From an uncultured Alphaproteobacteria bacterium (GTDB taxonomy: Bacteria; Pseudomonadota; Alphaproteobacteria; Rs-D84): DNA of 64,000 nucleotides. The notes beneath the pieces were generated by a model. It saw only the letters and a program-made list of their open reading frames with translations. It had not been told where the DNA came from and ran no database searches. Positions 34,092 to 43,524 of this stretch are shown piece by piece (within the stretch, counting starts at the first letter, position 1; every line of letters starts with the position of its first letter). Both the position numbers and the translations under genes were made by a program. Where the stretch lies: contig CAMRSV010000001.1 in NCBI GenBank assembly GCA_947053455.1, positions 186,087 to 250,086 on the forward strand, given 5' to 3'.

Positions 34092-34376
34092 ATGATAGTA
34101 GAAGGTGAAAGAAAATTTACAAAAGCCGACTATTTAAATTATAAAAAGCTGGCGGAAAAACTGGGCGCCGACCCAAAAGAAGTATATCAAACAATGTTGC
34201 GACATTACAAAATGCGCACGCCGATTGAATATGAATCAAACGGGATTAAGGTAAAAAATTTTATGATTGTAAGGGCAGTGGGTAAATCTACAATATCTCA
34301 TCGAAATACTATTGTATTACATCCGTATGCATTCACTAAATTTAAGGAAGTATTCACAAAAGGAAATACAAAATGA
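34092..34376 (+). CDS. Basic hypothetical protein, tandem paralogue 2
   Basis: Paralogue of 33782..34090; translationally coupled on both sides. Confidence 0.75.
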   Translation: MIVEGERKFTKADYLNYKKLAEKLGADPKEVYQTMLRHYKMRTPIEYESNGIKVKNFMIVRAVGKSTISHRNTIVLHPYAFTKFKEVFTKGNTK

Positions 34377-34942
34377 AATTTAAACTGCTGTATTTCGGGG
34401 ATATTTTAATAAATCCTAAAAAACGTGCGCAGCACATATCAGATATTCGGATGCAATTTCATCCGCAACTTAAAAAACTGTTGGAACATAGACCTTGGGA
34501 CAATATGACCCAATACATGTTGCCGAACGCGACGAAAAGCCCGATTACAACCCGTCATGTTGGCGGAATTGACTGGAACCCGATTATAACGCCGAATTTG
34601 AAATTGTTGGCGGAACTGGATATTCAAATGATGCATCCGGAAATCATTGGGGTGCCGCATTCAGATATAGATAATCGTCTAAAAACGCTATTTGATGGGC
34701 TGCGTGCGCCGCAAAACGAACATGAAATTGGTGAAAATACGCCCCGTGACATCGGACCAATTTACACGCTGCTTGATGATGACCACCTGGTAACAAAAAC
34801 AACGATAAATACCAGCCATCTGTTATCGTCCGACATATTTGCACAATGTCGTCCCAATTCCCCTGATTCCGTATTTGTGATGATTGACGTAAATGTACGC
34901 GTCGCCGAAGGAACGTTGGAAAATCTGCCGTTTATGATATAA
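34373..34942 (+). CDS. Hypothetical protein with RusA-like acidic motif
   Basis: DIDNRLKTLFDGL...LLDDDHLV resembles the RusA D-x-D-N-x-x-K-x-x-x-D...DD catalytic pattern. Confidence 0.65.
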   Translation: MKFKLLYFGDILINPKKRAQHISDIRMQFHPQLKKLLEHRPWDNMTQYMLPNATKSPITTRHVGGIDWNPIITPNLKLLAELDIQMMHPEIIGVPHSDIDNRLKTLFDGLRAPQNEHEIGENTPRDIGPIYTLLDDDHLVTKTTINTSHLLSSDIFAQCRPNSPDSVFVMIDVNVRVAEGTLENLPFMI

Positions 34943-34980
34943 AAACGCCCGTTTGGGCGTTTTTACTTTTTTATACCGGT

Positions 34981-36198
34981 TTATTCGTACCGCAGACTGT
35001 CAATTGGGTTTAATTTTGCCGCCTTTAGCGCGGGGAACACACCGGATGCAAGCCCTACAACAACCGCGACTGTAACTGACACCATTACCGGCCAAATACT
35101 AAACGGCACATTATATCCCAGCACAAGACGCCCAATTCCCTGGGACAGCCCGACCCCAATCAGCAATCCTGCCATTGAACCGATAAATGAAATCAGTATA
35201 GATTCAGACAGAAATTGAATTATAATCTGACGTTCGCGCGCACCAATTGCCTTGCGGATACCGATTTCGCGCGTGCGTTCTGCAACCGATACCAGCATCA
35301 TATTCATAATGCCGATTGCACCAACCAGCAAGGACACCGCTGCGATCGCAATCAGCAGCAGTTTAAGGTAACCCGTTACGGTGTTCATTGTTTCCATTAT
35401 TTGTTTCATATCCATGATTTGAAAATCGTCTACTGCGTCGTCCTTTAACTTGTGCCGGTCACGCAGCAGTGCGGTAATCTGTTCAATCGCCAGCGTGTTG
35501 TCCGCATCGGGATAAAGTTTTAGTGCAATCATACTGACCGCGTTGGGAAAACGGCTGCCCTGTAGACGTTTTTTTAGTGTGGTTATGGGAATTATCACAA
35601 TGTCGTCCTGGCTGCCCATGGCGGAATCGCCCTTGGCCTTGGTTACGCCTATGATTACAAACGGCGTGTTTTGAACGCGGATAATTTCGCCAACCGGATT
35701 TGTAGACATGCCTAATTCTTCGGCTGTTTTCGGGCCGATTATGGCATATGTGGATGCGTTTCGGACGGCGGATTGGTCAAAGAATGTTCCGTATTCAATT
35801 TCAATATTTTGAACAATTGTATAATCTGGATACACGCCAACCATGGATGACGCCCAGTTCTTGTTTCCATAAATAATTTGTGCTGCGCTGTTTTGAACGG
35901 GGGTCACCGCCATAACATCGGGCAGTTTTGCAATAAATTCCGCATCCTGTATCGTCAATGTTTGGCGGTTTCCGGTACGTACACCGGCACTTTGTGCAGC
36001 GCCGGCACGTATCATAATTGTATTTGTACCCAGTGATGAAAACTGGTCGGTAATCTGCTTTTGCACGGTTTCACCGACCGCCACCATTATAACCACGGCC
36101 ATAACGCCAATAACAATGCCCAGCACCGTTAAAAACGACCGCATTTTATTTCCACTGACCGACAGCCAGGATTCTTTTAATATGTCGCCCAAAGTCAT
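34981..36198 (-). CDS. MacB-type ABC transporter permease
   Basis: RSFLTVLGIVIGV, GIMNMMLVSVAERTREIGIRKAIGA, PIDSLRYE. Confidence 0.93.
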   Translation of the reverse strand: MTLGDILKESWLSVSGNKMRSFLTVLGIVIGVMAVVIMVAVGETVQKQITDQFSSLGTNTIMIRAGAAQSAGVRTGNRQTLTIQDAEFIAKLPDVMAVTPVQNSAAQIIYGNKNWASSMVGVYPDYTIVQNIEIEYGTFFDQSAVRNASTYAIIGPKTAEELGMSTNPVGEIIRVQNTPFVIIGVTKAKGDSAMGSQDDIVIIPITTLKKRLQGSRFPNAVSMIALKLYPDADNTLAIEQITALLRDRHKLKDDAVDDFQIMDMKQIMETMNTVTGYLKLLLIAIAAVSLLVGAIGIMNMMLVSVAERTREIGIRKAIGARERQIIIQFLSESILISFIGSMAGLLIGVGLSQGIGRLVLGYNVPFSIWPVMVSVTVAVVVGLASGVFPALKAAKLNPIDSLRYE

Positions 36199-36932
36199 TT
36201 TTGCCCCCGTTCCAAAACACGTTCATCACGCGGGATTGACCCGTCATAATTTATCCGTCCGTCGCGGATATGTATCAGGCGACTTGCGTATTTTGCGATG
36301 TCGAATTCATGGGTTATCATGACAATTGTGATGCCCATGTCGCGATTTAGCTGTTTTAAAAATGTCAGTATTTCATGACCCATTTTACTGTCCAGTGCAC
36401 CGGTCGGTTCGTCCGCCAAAATCAGTTTTGGGTCGCCCGCCAATGCGCGCGCGATTGCGACACGCTGTTTCATGCCGCCGGACAATTGGTTCGGCAGATA
36501 TGATTCAAACTTTTCAAGTCCGACCCGCCGCAGCATTTCACGTGCACGTCGCACACGTTCGTCCATGGGCAGGCCGCGGTACATTAACGGCAACATTACG
36601 TTGTCTAGAACGCTGCGCTTTGATAGTAGGTTGAACTGCTGGAACACGAATCCGATATACTCGTTTCTAATCACGGCCAGTTCGTCTGGCGTCATGTTGG
36701 CAATGTCGCGGCCATATAGTTCATAAGTGCCACTGGTCGGTGTGTCCAGTGCGCCAATAATGTTCATGCATGTAGACTTTCCAGAACCCGACGGCCCCAT
36801 GATTGCGACAAATTCGCCGGCGTGCACCTTGAATGTTATATCAAACAAAACCTGCTGTTGGCCGCCCATTTCCAGCGGGAAACTTTTGCAGATTTTATCC
36901 ATTGAAATAACTATGTCCTGTGATTTTGGCAT
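36195..36932 (-). CDS. MacB/LolD-type ABC ATP-binding protein
   Basis: [27 protein letters not shown]. Confidence 0.93.
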   Translation of the reverse strand: MPKSQDIVISMDKICKSFPLEMGGQQQVLFDITFKVHAGEFVAIMGPSGSGKSTCMNIIGALDTPTSGTYELYGRDIANMTPDELAVIRNEYIGFVFQQFNLLSKRSVLDNVMLPLMYRGLPMDERVRRAREMLRRVGLEKFESYLPNQLSGGMKQRVAIARALAGDPKLILADEPTGALDSKMGHEILTFLKQLNRDMGITIVMITHEFDIAKYASRLIHIRDGRINYDGSIPRDERVLERGQK

Positions 36933-36948
36933 AATTTTTCCGTGTTTT

Positions 36949-38169
36949 CTAACGCGGGCCAGCGCCCATCGGGTTACCTGTACGTGATTTGTTATTATTG
37001 GTTGCACCTGTTGCGCCAACGCGTCCGGTTATTATTTTGTCGCCGTCGCGAATGTCGTCGGAAATTATTTCCGTTTCCGTCGCCGTTACCAAACCTTTTT
37101 GATACGGAACAAAGATAATATCATTTTGTCCCGCGCGTTCAATCGCCAGATGTGTTTTTGGTGTTGCCGCACCCGGATTTTCGGTTATATTAGTAAATGT
37201 CCGCACCAGAAACGCGGAATTTGGTGCCTTGTATACGTCTTCTTTTTCTGATACGACAATCGTCACGAACGCGGTCATGCCCGGCATCAGTGACAAGTCC
37301 GAATTGTCCACGTCAATTACAACCGTGTAAACAACGACGTTTGACGTTGTTGTTGGTGACAATCTTATCTGACGGACAACACCGTTAAATGTTTGTAGCG
37401 GATATGCGTCAACCGTGAATGTGACGGGCTGGTTGTCCTTGATTACGCCAATATCTGCCTCTGATACGGCGGTTTCAATCTGCATTTTGGACAAGTCTTC
37501 GGCAATTTCGAACAAATCCGGCGTCTGGAAAGATGCGGCAACGGTTTGCCCATTATCAACCTTGCGCGAAATAACGGTACCGTCAACGGGCGACGTAATT
37601 GTCGCATACCCCAGATTGGTCATTGCGCGTTCATATTGCGACTGCATGCGCAGAACGGATTGTTCCGCCTGTTCATACGTGGTTTGCGATTGTTCCATTT
37701 CCGCACGTGAAATAAATCCTTCTGCGTACAATGCTTTGTTGCGTTCATATTCGCTTTTTGCATAGTTGCGCTGGGACTCGGCACTGACCAAGGATGCCTT
37801 TGCTTCGTCCACCGACGCCTGCAGAACAGATGGTTCAATGGTAAGCAAGATATCGCCTTTTTTCACCTTGGAATTGTAATCCACAAACAGGCCGTTTATG
37901 GTGCCGGACACCTGGGAACCGACGCTGACGGTGTTTACGGGCATTATTTCACCAGTGGCACTTACCACCTGACGCATGTCGCCGCGTGTGATTTTTACAG
38001 TCGAAAATTCTGATTTTTCCTTATCTTCGCCGCCGCTAAATATCATTACAATCGCAACAATAACGGCGATTATTAAAAATAGCCATTTTTTGCGCCATAT
38101 CCATTTGAACATGCGACGAATAAACGACGGGCGAACCGTTGTCGTGTCAGTGGTTTTATTGTTCTTCAT
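36949..38169 (-). CDS. MacA-type periplasmic adaptor
   Basis: VGSQVSG, ITSPVDG.V, GQTVAASFQTP.LF, PGMTA. Confidence 0.92.
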   Translation of the reverse strand: MKNNKTTDTTTVRPSFIRRMFKWIWRKKWLFLIIAVIVAIVMIFSGGEDKEKSEFSTVKITRGDMRQVVSATGEIMPVNTVSVGSQVSGTINGLFVDYNSKVKKGDILLTIEPSVLQASVDEAKASLVSAESQRNYAKSEYERNKALYAEGFISRAEMEQSQTTYEQAEQSVLRMQSQYERAMTNLGYATITSPVDGTVISRKVDNGQTVAASFQTPDLFEIAEDLSKMQIETAVSEADIGVIKDNQPVTFTVDAYPLQTFNGVVRQIRLSPTTTSNVVVYTVVIDVDNSDLSLMPGMTAFVTIVVSEKEDVYKAPNSAFLVRTFTNITENPGAATPKTHLAIERAGQNDIIFVPYQKGLVTATETEIISDDIRDGDKIITGRVGATGATNNNKSRTGNPMGAGPR

Positions 38170-39496
38170 TCTCTATCTCCCGTGGTTCTGTAAGTCCTAT
38201 GCGTATATCGCCTATGGCCAGGGCGACCGCCGCGCGTTTTGTAAATAAATCATATTTGGCGGCATTGTTTTGTTTCTGGGCGTCGACCAGTTCAGACTGC
38301 GCCGTCTGCCAATCAAGCATGGTGGCGCGGCCAACCTTGTACATACCGGCGGTTACGCGTTCGCTTTCTGTTGCGGATTTCAGCAGCGTTTCAGTTTGCT
38401 TTAAAACAGTTTGCGCTGTTTTATAGTTTTGGTACGCTGTAAATATGTCCAAACTTGCGTTATCTTGGGCATATTTTTCTTGTTCTATTGCGCGTTCATA
38501 GTTCGCCTGCGCGGTGCGCACATTATACATGTTCGCAAAGCCAGCAAATATCGGCATTGATGCGCGGATGCCGATGCTGCCGCTGACCTTATCGTTGCCG
38601 GCGTTAAAGCTTTCCGATGGCGTGTCGTTCCAAGAAACGCTGCCCGATGCGGATATGCTGGGCAAATTCGACAGGAACGATGAATTTCGCCGGTGCCATG
38701 CGGCATCCTTGTTTGCGGTCGCGCGCAGTAAATCCGGACGTGATGATTGCGCCATTTGAATCAGTTCGTCTACACTCTGCACCTCGGCTGCGCCACCAAA
38801 TTCGGACGGCATGTCGGCGATTTCTATTTCCTGATTTGCTGGGAACGACAATTTAGACAGCAAGGTGCCCTTTGCGATTTCGCGGTTGTTTTTTGCACGT
38901 TCCAGTTCCAGTTCGCGACTGGCCAAGGTGGTGTCGGCCTTTAATACATCTGCCTTGGCGACCGAGCCCGCACGGAATTTTTTATCGGCCGTATCTTTGG
39001 CCGTTTTTGCAACAGTGCGAAGTGCGGTGGCAGACTTAACATCCGCATCCGCATTCAACAGATTGTAATATGCCCCGATAATGCCATAGACATAATTTTG
39101 AACGGTTTCATCATAGTCAAAACCCGTCGCCCGCCAAACGGCCGCCAATTGATTCAGGTCGGATAAACGTTTTCCAAAATCGAATATCAAATAAGACGCG
39201 GATAGCGATGCACCTGTCGACCATTCGCCCCACTTTTCATTGCGATAAGGCAGTGACGCCGATGCCGATGCATCAACCCGCGGCAGATAATTTGCATAAC
39301 CCGCATTTTTGGAAAAGCGTGCGGCCTCGTACGATAAATATGCTGATGCGGTCTGTGGATTACGGCACAGTCCCAGATTTACAATTTCAGGTAATTTTAA
39401 TTTCCCCGCTGGCACGGTCATACGCGTTGCACAATCATCCGTTGCCGCAAATGCAACCCCTGGTATTGCACACAGCAATATCAATAACTTTTTCAT
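38156..39496 (-). CDS. TolC-family outer membrane protein
   Basis: Signal peptide and two OEP repeats (YLP...DFGKR; LP...PIFAG); first gene of the efflux operon. Confidence 0.9.
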   Translation of the reverse strand: MKKLLILLCAIPGVAFAATDDCATRMTVPAGKLKLPEIVNLGLCRNPQTASAYLSYEAARFSKNAGYANYLPRVDASASASLPYRNEKWGEWSTGASLSASYLIFDFGKRLSDLNQLAAVWRATGFDYDETVQNYVYGIIGAYYNLLNADADVKSATALRTVAKTAKDTADKKFRAGSVAKADVLKADTTLASRELELERAKNNREIAKGTLLSKLSFPANQEIEIADMPSEFGGAAEVQSVDELIQMAQSSRPDLLRATANKDAAWHRRNSSFLSNLPSISASGSVSWNDTPSESFNAGNDKVSGSIGIRASMPIFAGFANMYNVRTAQANYERAIEQEKYAQDNASLDIFTAYQNYKTAQTVLKQTETLLKSATESERVTAGMYKVGRATMLDWQTAQSELVDAQKQNNAAKYDLFTKRAAVALAIGDIRIGLTEPREIENEEQ

Positions 39497-39597
39497 AAAT
39501 CCCTCTCTACCCATGAAAATCAATTTATGGACTTATTATACAATTTTTATGTTGAATTACAATTTTTTTTTGCCTAATATGCGTGTGCAAAAGCAAA

Positions 39598-39671
39598 GGC
39601 CTGGTGGCAGAGTGGTTATGCAGAGGACTGCAAATCCTTGTATGCCGGTTCGATTCCGACCCAGGCCTCCA
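39598..39671 (+). tRNA. tRNA-Cys(GCA)
   Basis: GGCCTGGTGGCAGAGTGG...GAGGA-CTGCAAA-TCCTT...GGTTCGATTCC...CCAGGCCTCCA. Confidence 0.95.
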
Positions 39672-39702
39672 AAAATTAACCGCCCAAATAGGGCGGTTTT
39701 TA

Positions 39703-40167
39703 TTATTTGTTTCTGTTTTTTCTAAATTCGTCCAACGATACAACGCGACCTGTGTCTGCGGTTGCCTGTTCATCCAAGGGCAATTCCATATCGTTGTCGG
39801 CCGCGGGCGTTGCCGCGCTGCGCGGATGGAATGACAGCATGAAATCAACAGATGGATCCTTGAATTCAACCAAGGCCGAAAATGGCACGCGAATAAAAAA
39901 GGGTCTGCCGTCAAATGTTAATTGAACACCAAATTCCTTGTCCGACACATTAAGATTATTATAAGAATACTGCAACACGATTGTCATTATGTCCGGATAG
40001 CGCATCCGTAAAAAATCCGGCAATACCACGCCCGGTGCACGTGTTTTGAACGTTATAAAGAAATGCGTCCCGTCCCCCAATCCGTTAAACTGGGCGTGTG
40101 TTAGTGCATCCTTTACGACAGATTTTAATGCGTTGTCCAATAATGCCTGGTAATCAATCTTGCTCAT
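39703..40167 (-). CDS. sspB: ClpXP specificity factor SspB (alphaproteobacterial type)
   Basis: HFFITFKT..PGV, YPDIMTIVLQ, F.DPSVDF, C-terminal VVSLDEFRK. Confidence 0.92.
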   Translation of the reverse strand: MSKIDYQALLDNALKSVVKDALTHAQFNGLGDGTHFFITFKTRAPGVVLPDFLRMRYPDIMTIVLQYSYNNLNVSDKEFGVQLTFDGRPFFIRVPFSALVEFKDPSVDFMLSFHPRSAATPAADNDMELPLDEQATADTGRVVSLDEFRKNRNK

Positions 40168-41257
40168 TTCCGTCCGTTTTATTTTGAATAACTATATTAC
40201 TTATTTCCCCATCGTTGCAAGCAACAAATGCCGCGTCATTTACATCTGAAAATGCGTTCGCGTCCAATCCCGTGGCCCATACCTGGGCGCGTGCCGCAGC
40301 AAACGCGCGAAACATACGGTGCCGTGCGTCCGGATCCAGGTGGGCGGCCGCCTCGTCCAGCAGGATTATCGGTCGCCGCCCCGTTTTTTCATAAACCAAT
40401 CGTGCATGCGCCATAATCATGTCTATCAAAACACTTTTCTGCTGACCTGTGCTGGTTAGTGCCGCCGGCAAGTCAAGCTTTTCATTAAAGACGCCAAAAT
40501 CGGATTTGTGCGAGCCGTCCAAAATCATTTTGTCACCCAATAATTCACGCGCCCCGTGCAGGTATTCCAGATATGCGCGTTCTGCGTCCCCAGGTGTCAT
40601 TCCAGAAATTAGGTTGGATTCAATCATTCCCGCAACAGACATAGCCGCGCCGGATAGAAAATAATTAATTTCCCCAGCATATTGAACGCGCGCAGCGGCA
40701 ACCGCAACCGCAACTGATGCGATTTGCATATCCAACGCGTCTGTCCAGCGTGCATCCCGCCCCGATTTTAATGCAAACGCCCGTTCCGACAGCAGTTTTG
40801 TAAGACGCGCCACGCGTCCGGCATGCGTTGCGTCAAAGCCTGATACTAATCGGTCGAAGAACGCACGACGTTCCCCCGCGCCATCAACGAAAATTCTGTC
40901 TTCGCGGGGGGTAATCCAAACCATTGGCAATTGCGCGACCAATTGCGACAATGGGGCCGTATCCCCGTCAATTCGTGCGCGTCGGTTTGCGTCGCCCGCG
41001 GTGTATGTTATCGAAATTTCCGTGTCATCGGACAATGTTGCAAATATCGAAAATCCGCCGCAACCGTTAAATCGTGCAATGTCTGTCATGGGGGCGCCAC
41101 GCATTCCACGGTCACCGGATAACATGGACAACGCCTCTAGCACGGCGGTCTTGCCGGCGCCGTTGGGGCCAGTGATTATAATGTTGCGCCGGCCGGCCGT
41201 TTTTATACGGCACATTTCATGATTTCTAAAATCGGTCAGCGTCAAAGTTTCAATCAT
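40154..41257 (-). CDS. recF: DNA replication/repair protein RecF
   Basis: LTDFRN, GPNGAGKT, RRAFFDR, STGQQK, PIILLDE..AHLD. Confidence 0.92.
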   Translation of the reverse strand: MIETLTLTDFRNHEMCRIKTAGRRNIIITGPNGAGKTAVLEALSMLSGDRGMRGAPMTDIARFNGCGGFSIFATLSDDTEISITYTAGDANRRARIDGDTAPLSQLVAQLPMVWITPREDRIFVDGAGERRAFFDRLVSGFDATHAGRVARLTKLLSERAFALKSGRDARWTDALDMQIASVAVAVAAARVQYAGEINYFLSGAAMSVAGMIESNLISGMTPGDAERAYLEYLHGARELLGDKMILDGSHKSDFGVFNEKLDLPAALTSTGQQKSVLIDMIMAHARLVYEKTGRRPIILLDEAAAHLDPDARHRMFRAFAAARAQVWATGLDANAFSDVNDAAFVACNDGEISNIVIQNKTDGNEQD

Positions 41258-41320
41258 GCCCGGATAATACAATTATATCGGAAAAAATACAAGTCCCCCA
41301 TGGTGTGATTTTTTTATTCT

Positions 41321-41348
41321 TTGCAAAAAATTGCGGCCATGTTATAAT
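41321..41348 (+). promoter_or_regulatory. sigma70-like promoter of cassette D
   Basis: TTGCAA-16-TATAAT with TG extended -10. Confidence 0.7.
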
Positions 41349-41353
41349 CTTGA

Positions 41354-41550
41354 TGTTGGCGGGTGTTTCGCCGACGGGGTGTGAGAACCTCACTTAAGCG
41401 TCGTAATTGTAATTGGCGCAGTGCGCCTTTATTTATGCGATGAAAAGCTCCTGACCACTGGGTCAGGAGGGTCGCTGAATATAAAAATACGCGGCACAAT
41501 ACTTAAGATTGTTCTCAACCTCCTGACCACTGAATTTCGGTGGTTTTTTG
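41354..41550 (+). ncRNA. C4-antisense-like RNA/attenuator cassette, divergent copy D (leader of Cys-rich gene)
   Basis: GTTGGCG/CGCCGAC hairpin; GGGGT hairpin carrying TGAGAAC with target GTTCTCA; CTTAAG/CTTAAG; GGTCAGGAG pairs with the upstream or the downstream CTCCTGACC; terminator ACCACTG/CGGTGGT-TTTTT. Confidence 0.8.
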
Positions 41551-41575
41551 TTAAGCACAAAGAAAGAAGGGGCCT

Positions 41576-42163
41576 ATGAAATCTTTATGCTTTTGTGCGT
41601 TTGCGGCGACATCTGCCATTTATATGCAAATCGCAAACGCAGCGATGAGTACATGTATGCAAAGCTTTGCATGTAGTGTGGGTAATTGCACTGTTTTAAA
41701 CAGAGCTTCACTTAATTGTATTTCATACCATACGACGTATTATGAACCATATGGTGGTATTGAGAGTTGCGAGATATGTGAATCAGGGTATGCGCGGACA
41801 GAACGTTCTTTACAATTGGCGACCGCATGTACCGCGACATATTATACCTGCGAAGAAATCTGTAACGGTTGCACAAATTGCGTCAGTGATACATCGTATA
41901 GTACCGTCGCCACCGGTTATGAATTGATGGTAAAGCGGCAATGTTATTGTAATACGTGCAGTGAAACATATCTATTTCGTTGCGCCGCCGGATATTGGGG
42001 CAAGAGTACCAACGGAACATCCGGATGCAAGAAATGTCCAACGCCCGGCGTGTCGCCTGCGGGCGCGACAAGTGCCACACAATGCTATGTGGCGGCCGGC
42101 GTAAAAATGAACGATACAACCGGCGTTTATGAATTTACATCTGCGTGTTATAATTCAAATTAA
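41576..42163 (+). CDS. Secreted cysteine-rich protein
   Basis: Signal peptide; about 20 Cys in 195 aa; C.AGYWG...C..CP..G.S.AGATS...C resembles GCC2/GCC3-type repeats. Confidence 0.8.
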   Translation: MKSLCFCAFAATSAIYMQIANAAMSTCMQSFACSVGNCTVLNRASLNCISYHTTYYEPYGGIESCEICESGYARTERSLQLATACTATYYTCEEICNGCTNCVSDTSYSTVATGYELMVKRQCYCNTCSETYLFRCAAGYWGKSTNGTSGCKKCPTPGVSPAGATSATQCYVAAGVKMNDTTGVYEFTSACYNSN

Positions 42164-42202
42164 ATAAAAGAACACCGCCCGAATGGGCGGTGTTCGGTGT
42201 GA

Positions 42203-42850
42203 TTATTTGTTCGGAATAATCTTTATTTCAACCCGTCGGTTCTGGGCGCGACCGGCGGCCGTGCTGTTTGATGCAATCGGGTTAGAGACGCCCATGCCGA
42301 TTACTTCAAATCGTGATGCCTTGACCCCTTGACCCTGCAGGTAGGCAGCTACCGCCTGCGCACGGCTTTGCGACAAGGACTGGTTGTATTCAATCGTACC
42401 TGTGTTGTCGGTAAATCCCGATACCATCACGGTTGAATTACTGTATTTTTTCAAAACCTTGGCCACGGAATTCAGCGTTGCATAGAAAGATGCATTTATA
42501 TCTGCGGAATCTGTCTTGAACGTGATGTTGCCCGGCATAATCAGGCGAATGCTGTCGCTGTCGCGGACAACGCCAACGCCGGTTGATGCCAATTCCTGGC
42601 GCAGTTCGGCTTCCTGTGTGTCCAGATAATATCCGGTACCACCGCCAACCGCCGCCCCGGCAAGTCCCCCGATGATTGCACCGGTGCCACTTTTCTTGGC
42701 CACCAATGCACCCGTCGCCGCGCCGGTTGCCGCACCGATTGCGGTGCCCCATACAGCCTTGGACGTTTGGGTTTCGCCGGTATATGGATTAACCGTCGTG
42801 CATGCCGCTAGCATACCTGTCATCGCCATTGCAATTGCGATTTTTTTCAT
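42203..42850 (-). CDS. OmpA-family lipoprotein (YiaD-like, glycine zipper)
   Basis: Lipobox LAAC, NPYTGE, glycine zipper, GFTDNTG..N..LS..RA, NRRVEI. Confidence 0.92.
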   Translation of the reverse strand: MKKIAIAMAMTGMLAACTTVNPYTGETQTSKAVWGTAIGAATGAATGALVAKKSGTGAIIGGLAGAAVGGGTGYYLDTQEAELRQELASTGVGVVRDSDSIRLIMPGNITFKTDSADINASFYATLNSVAKVLKKYSNSTVMVSGFTDNTGTIEYNQSLSQSRAQAVAAYLQGQGVKASRFEVIGMGVSNPIASNSTAAGRAQNRRVEIKIIPNK

Positions 42851-42940
42851 GAATTTTCTCCTTCCTTAAAACGGTATAATTTTAACTTATTTTTATAAAA
42901 ACACAAAAAGTATTTAACCGCCATGCGGCGGTTGAATTTC

Positions 42941-43017
42941 TGGTGGGTGTTGAGGGACTCAAACCCCCGACCCTCTCGGTGTAAACGAGATGCTCTAATC
43001 AACTGAGCTAAACACCC
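42941..43017 (-). tRNA. tRNA-Val(TAC)
   Basis: GGGTGTTTAGCTCAGTTGATTAGAGC..TCTCG-TTTACAC-CGAGA..GGTTTGAGTCC..CACCCACCA. Confidence 0.92.
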
Positions 43018-43072
43018 AAGACCAGCGAATAATAGATTATATTTTTAGCCATGTCCAGTGTTTTTTATCTGT

Positions 43073-43510
43073 TTATGCATCACGCGGTTGCATAATTGCA
43101 GAAAATGTCGCTTCTGCCACCTTGCGACCACCGACCATTGCGATGCCCTGGAACTTATACATGCGCATTTTACTCATCAGCAGTTCCACGTGCAGTTCCA
43201 GTACATCACCAGGTTTTACCATATGGGAAAACTTTACCTTGTCTATTGTTGTAAAGTACCCCAACGTTTTGCCATCCGTTGCCCCCATTGCATTCAGTGC
43301 GATAAAGCACGCGGTTTGAGCCAATGCCTCAACCTGCAGTACGCCGGGCATAATCGGACAGTCTGGGAAATGCCCCGCACACCAGAATTCGTTGTCGCGG
43401 ACATAATGAATGCCGATGCCGCTGGTTTCGTTAAATTCCCTAATTTCATCTATCAAGCGCATGTCACCGCGATGCGGTATTATTTTTTCAATGCCATTTG
43501 CGTCTACCAT
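43073..43510 (-). CDS. fabZ: 3-hydroxyacyl-ACP dehydratase
   Basis: IPHR, GHFP..PIMPGVL.VEALAQ, VKPGD; GGAG RBS before ATG 43510. Confidence 0.94.
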   Translation of the reverse strand: MVDANGIEKIIPHRGDMRLIDEIREFNETSGIGIHYVRDNEFWCAGHFPDCPIMPGVLQVEALAQTACFIALNAMGATDGKTLGYFTTIDKVKFSHMVKPGDVLELHVELLMSKMRMYKFQGIAMVGGRKVAEATFSAIMQPRDA

Positions 43511-43524
43511 TTGCAAATCTCCTT

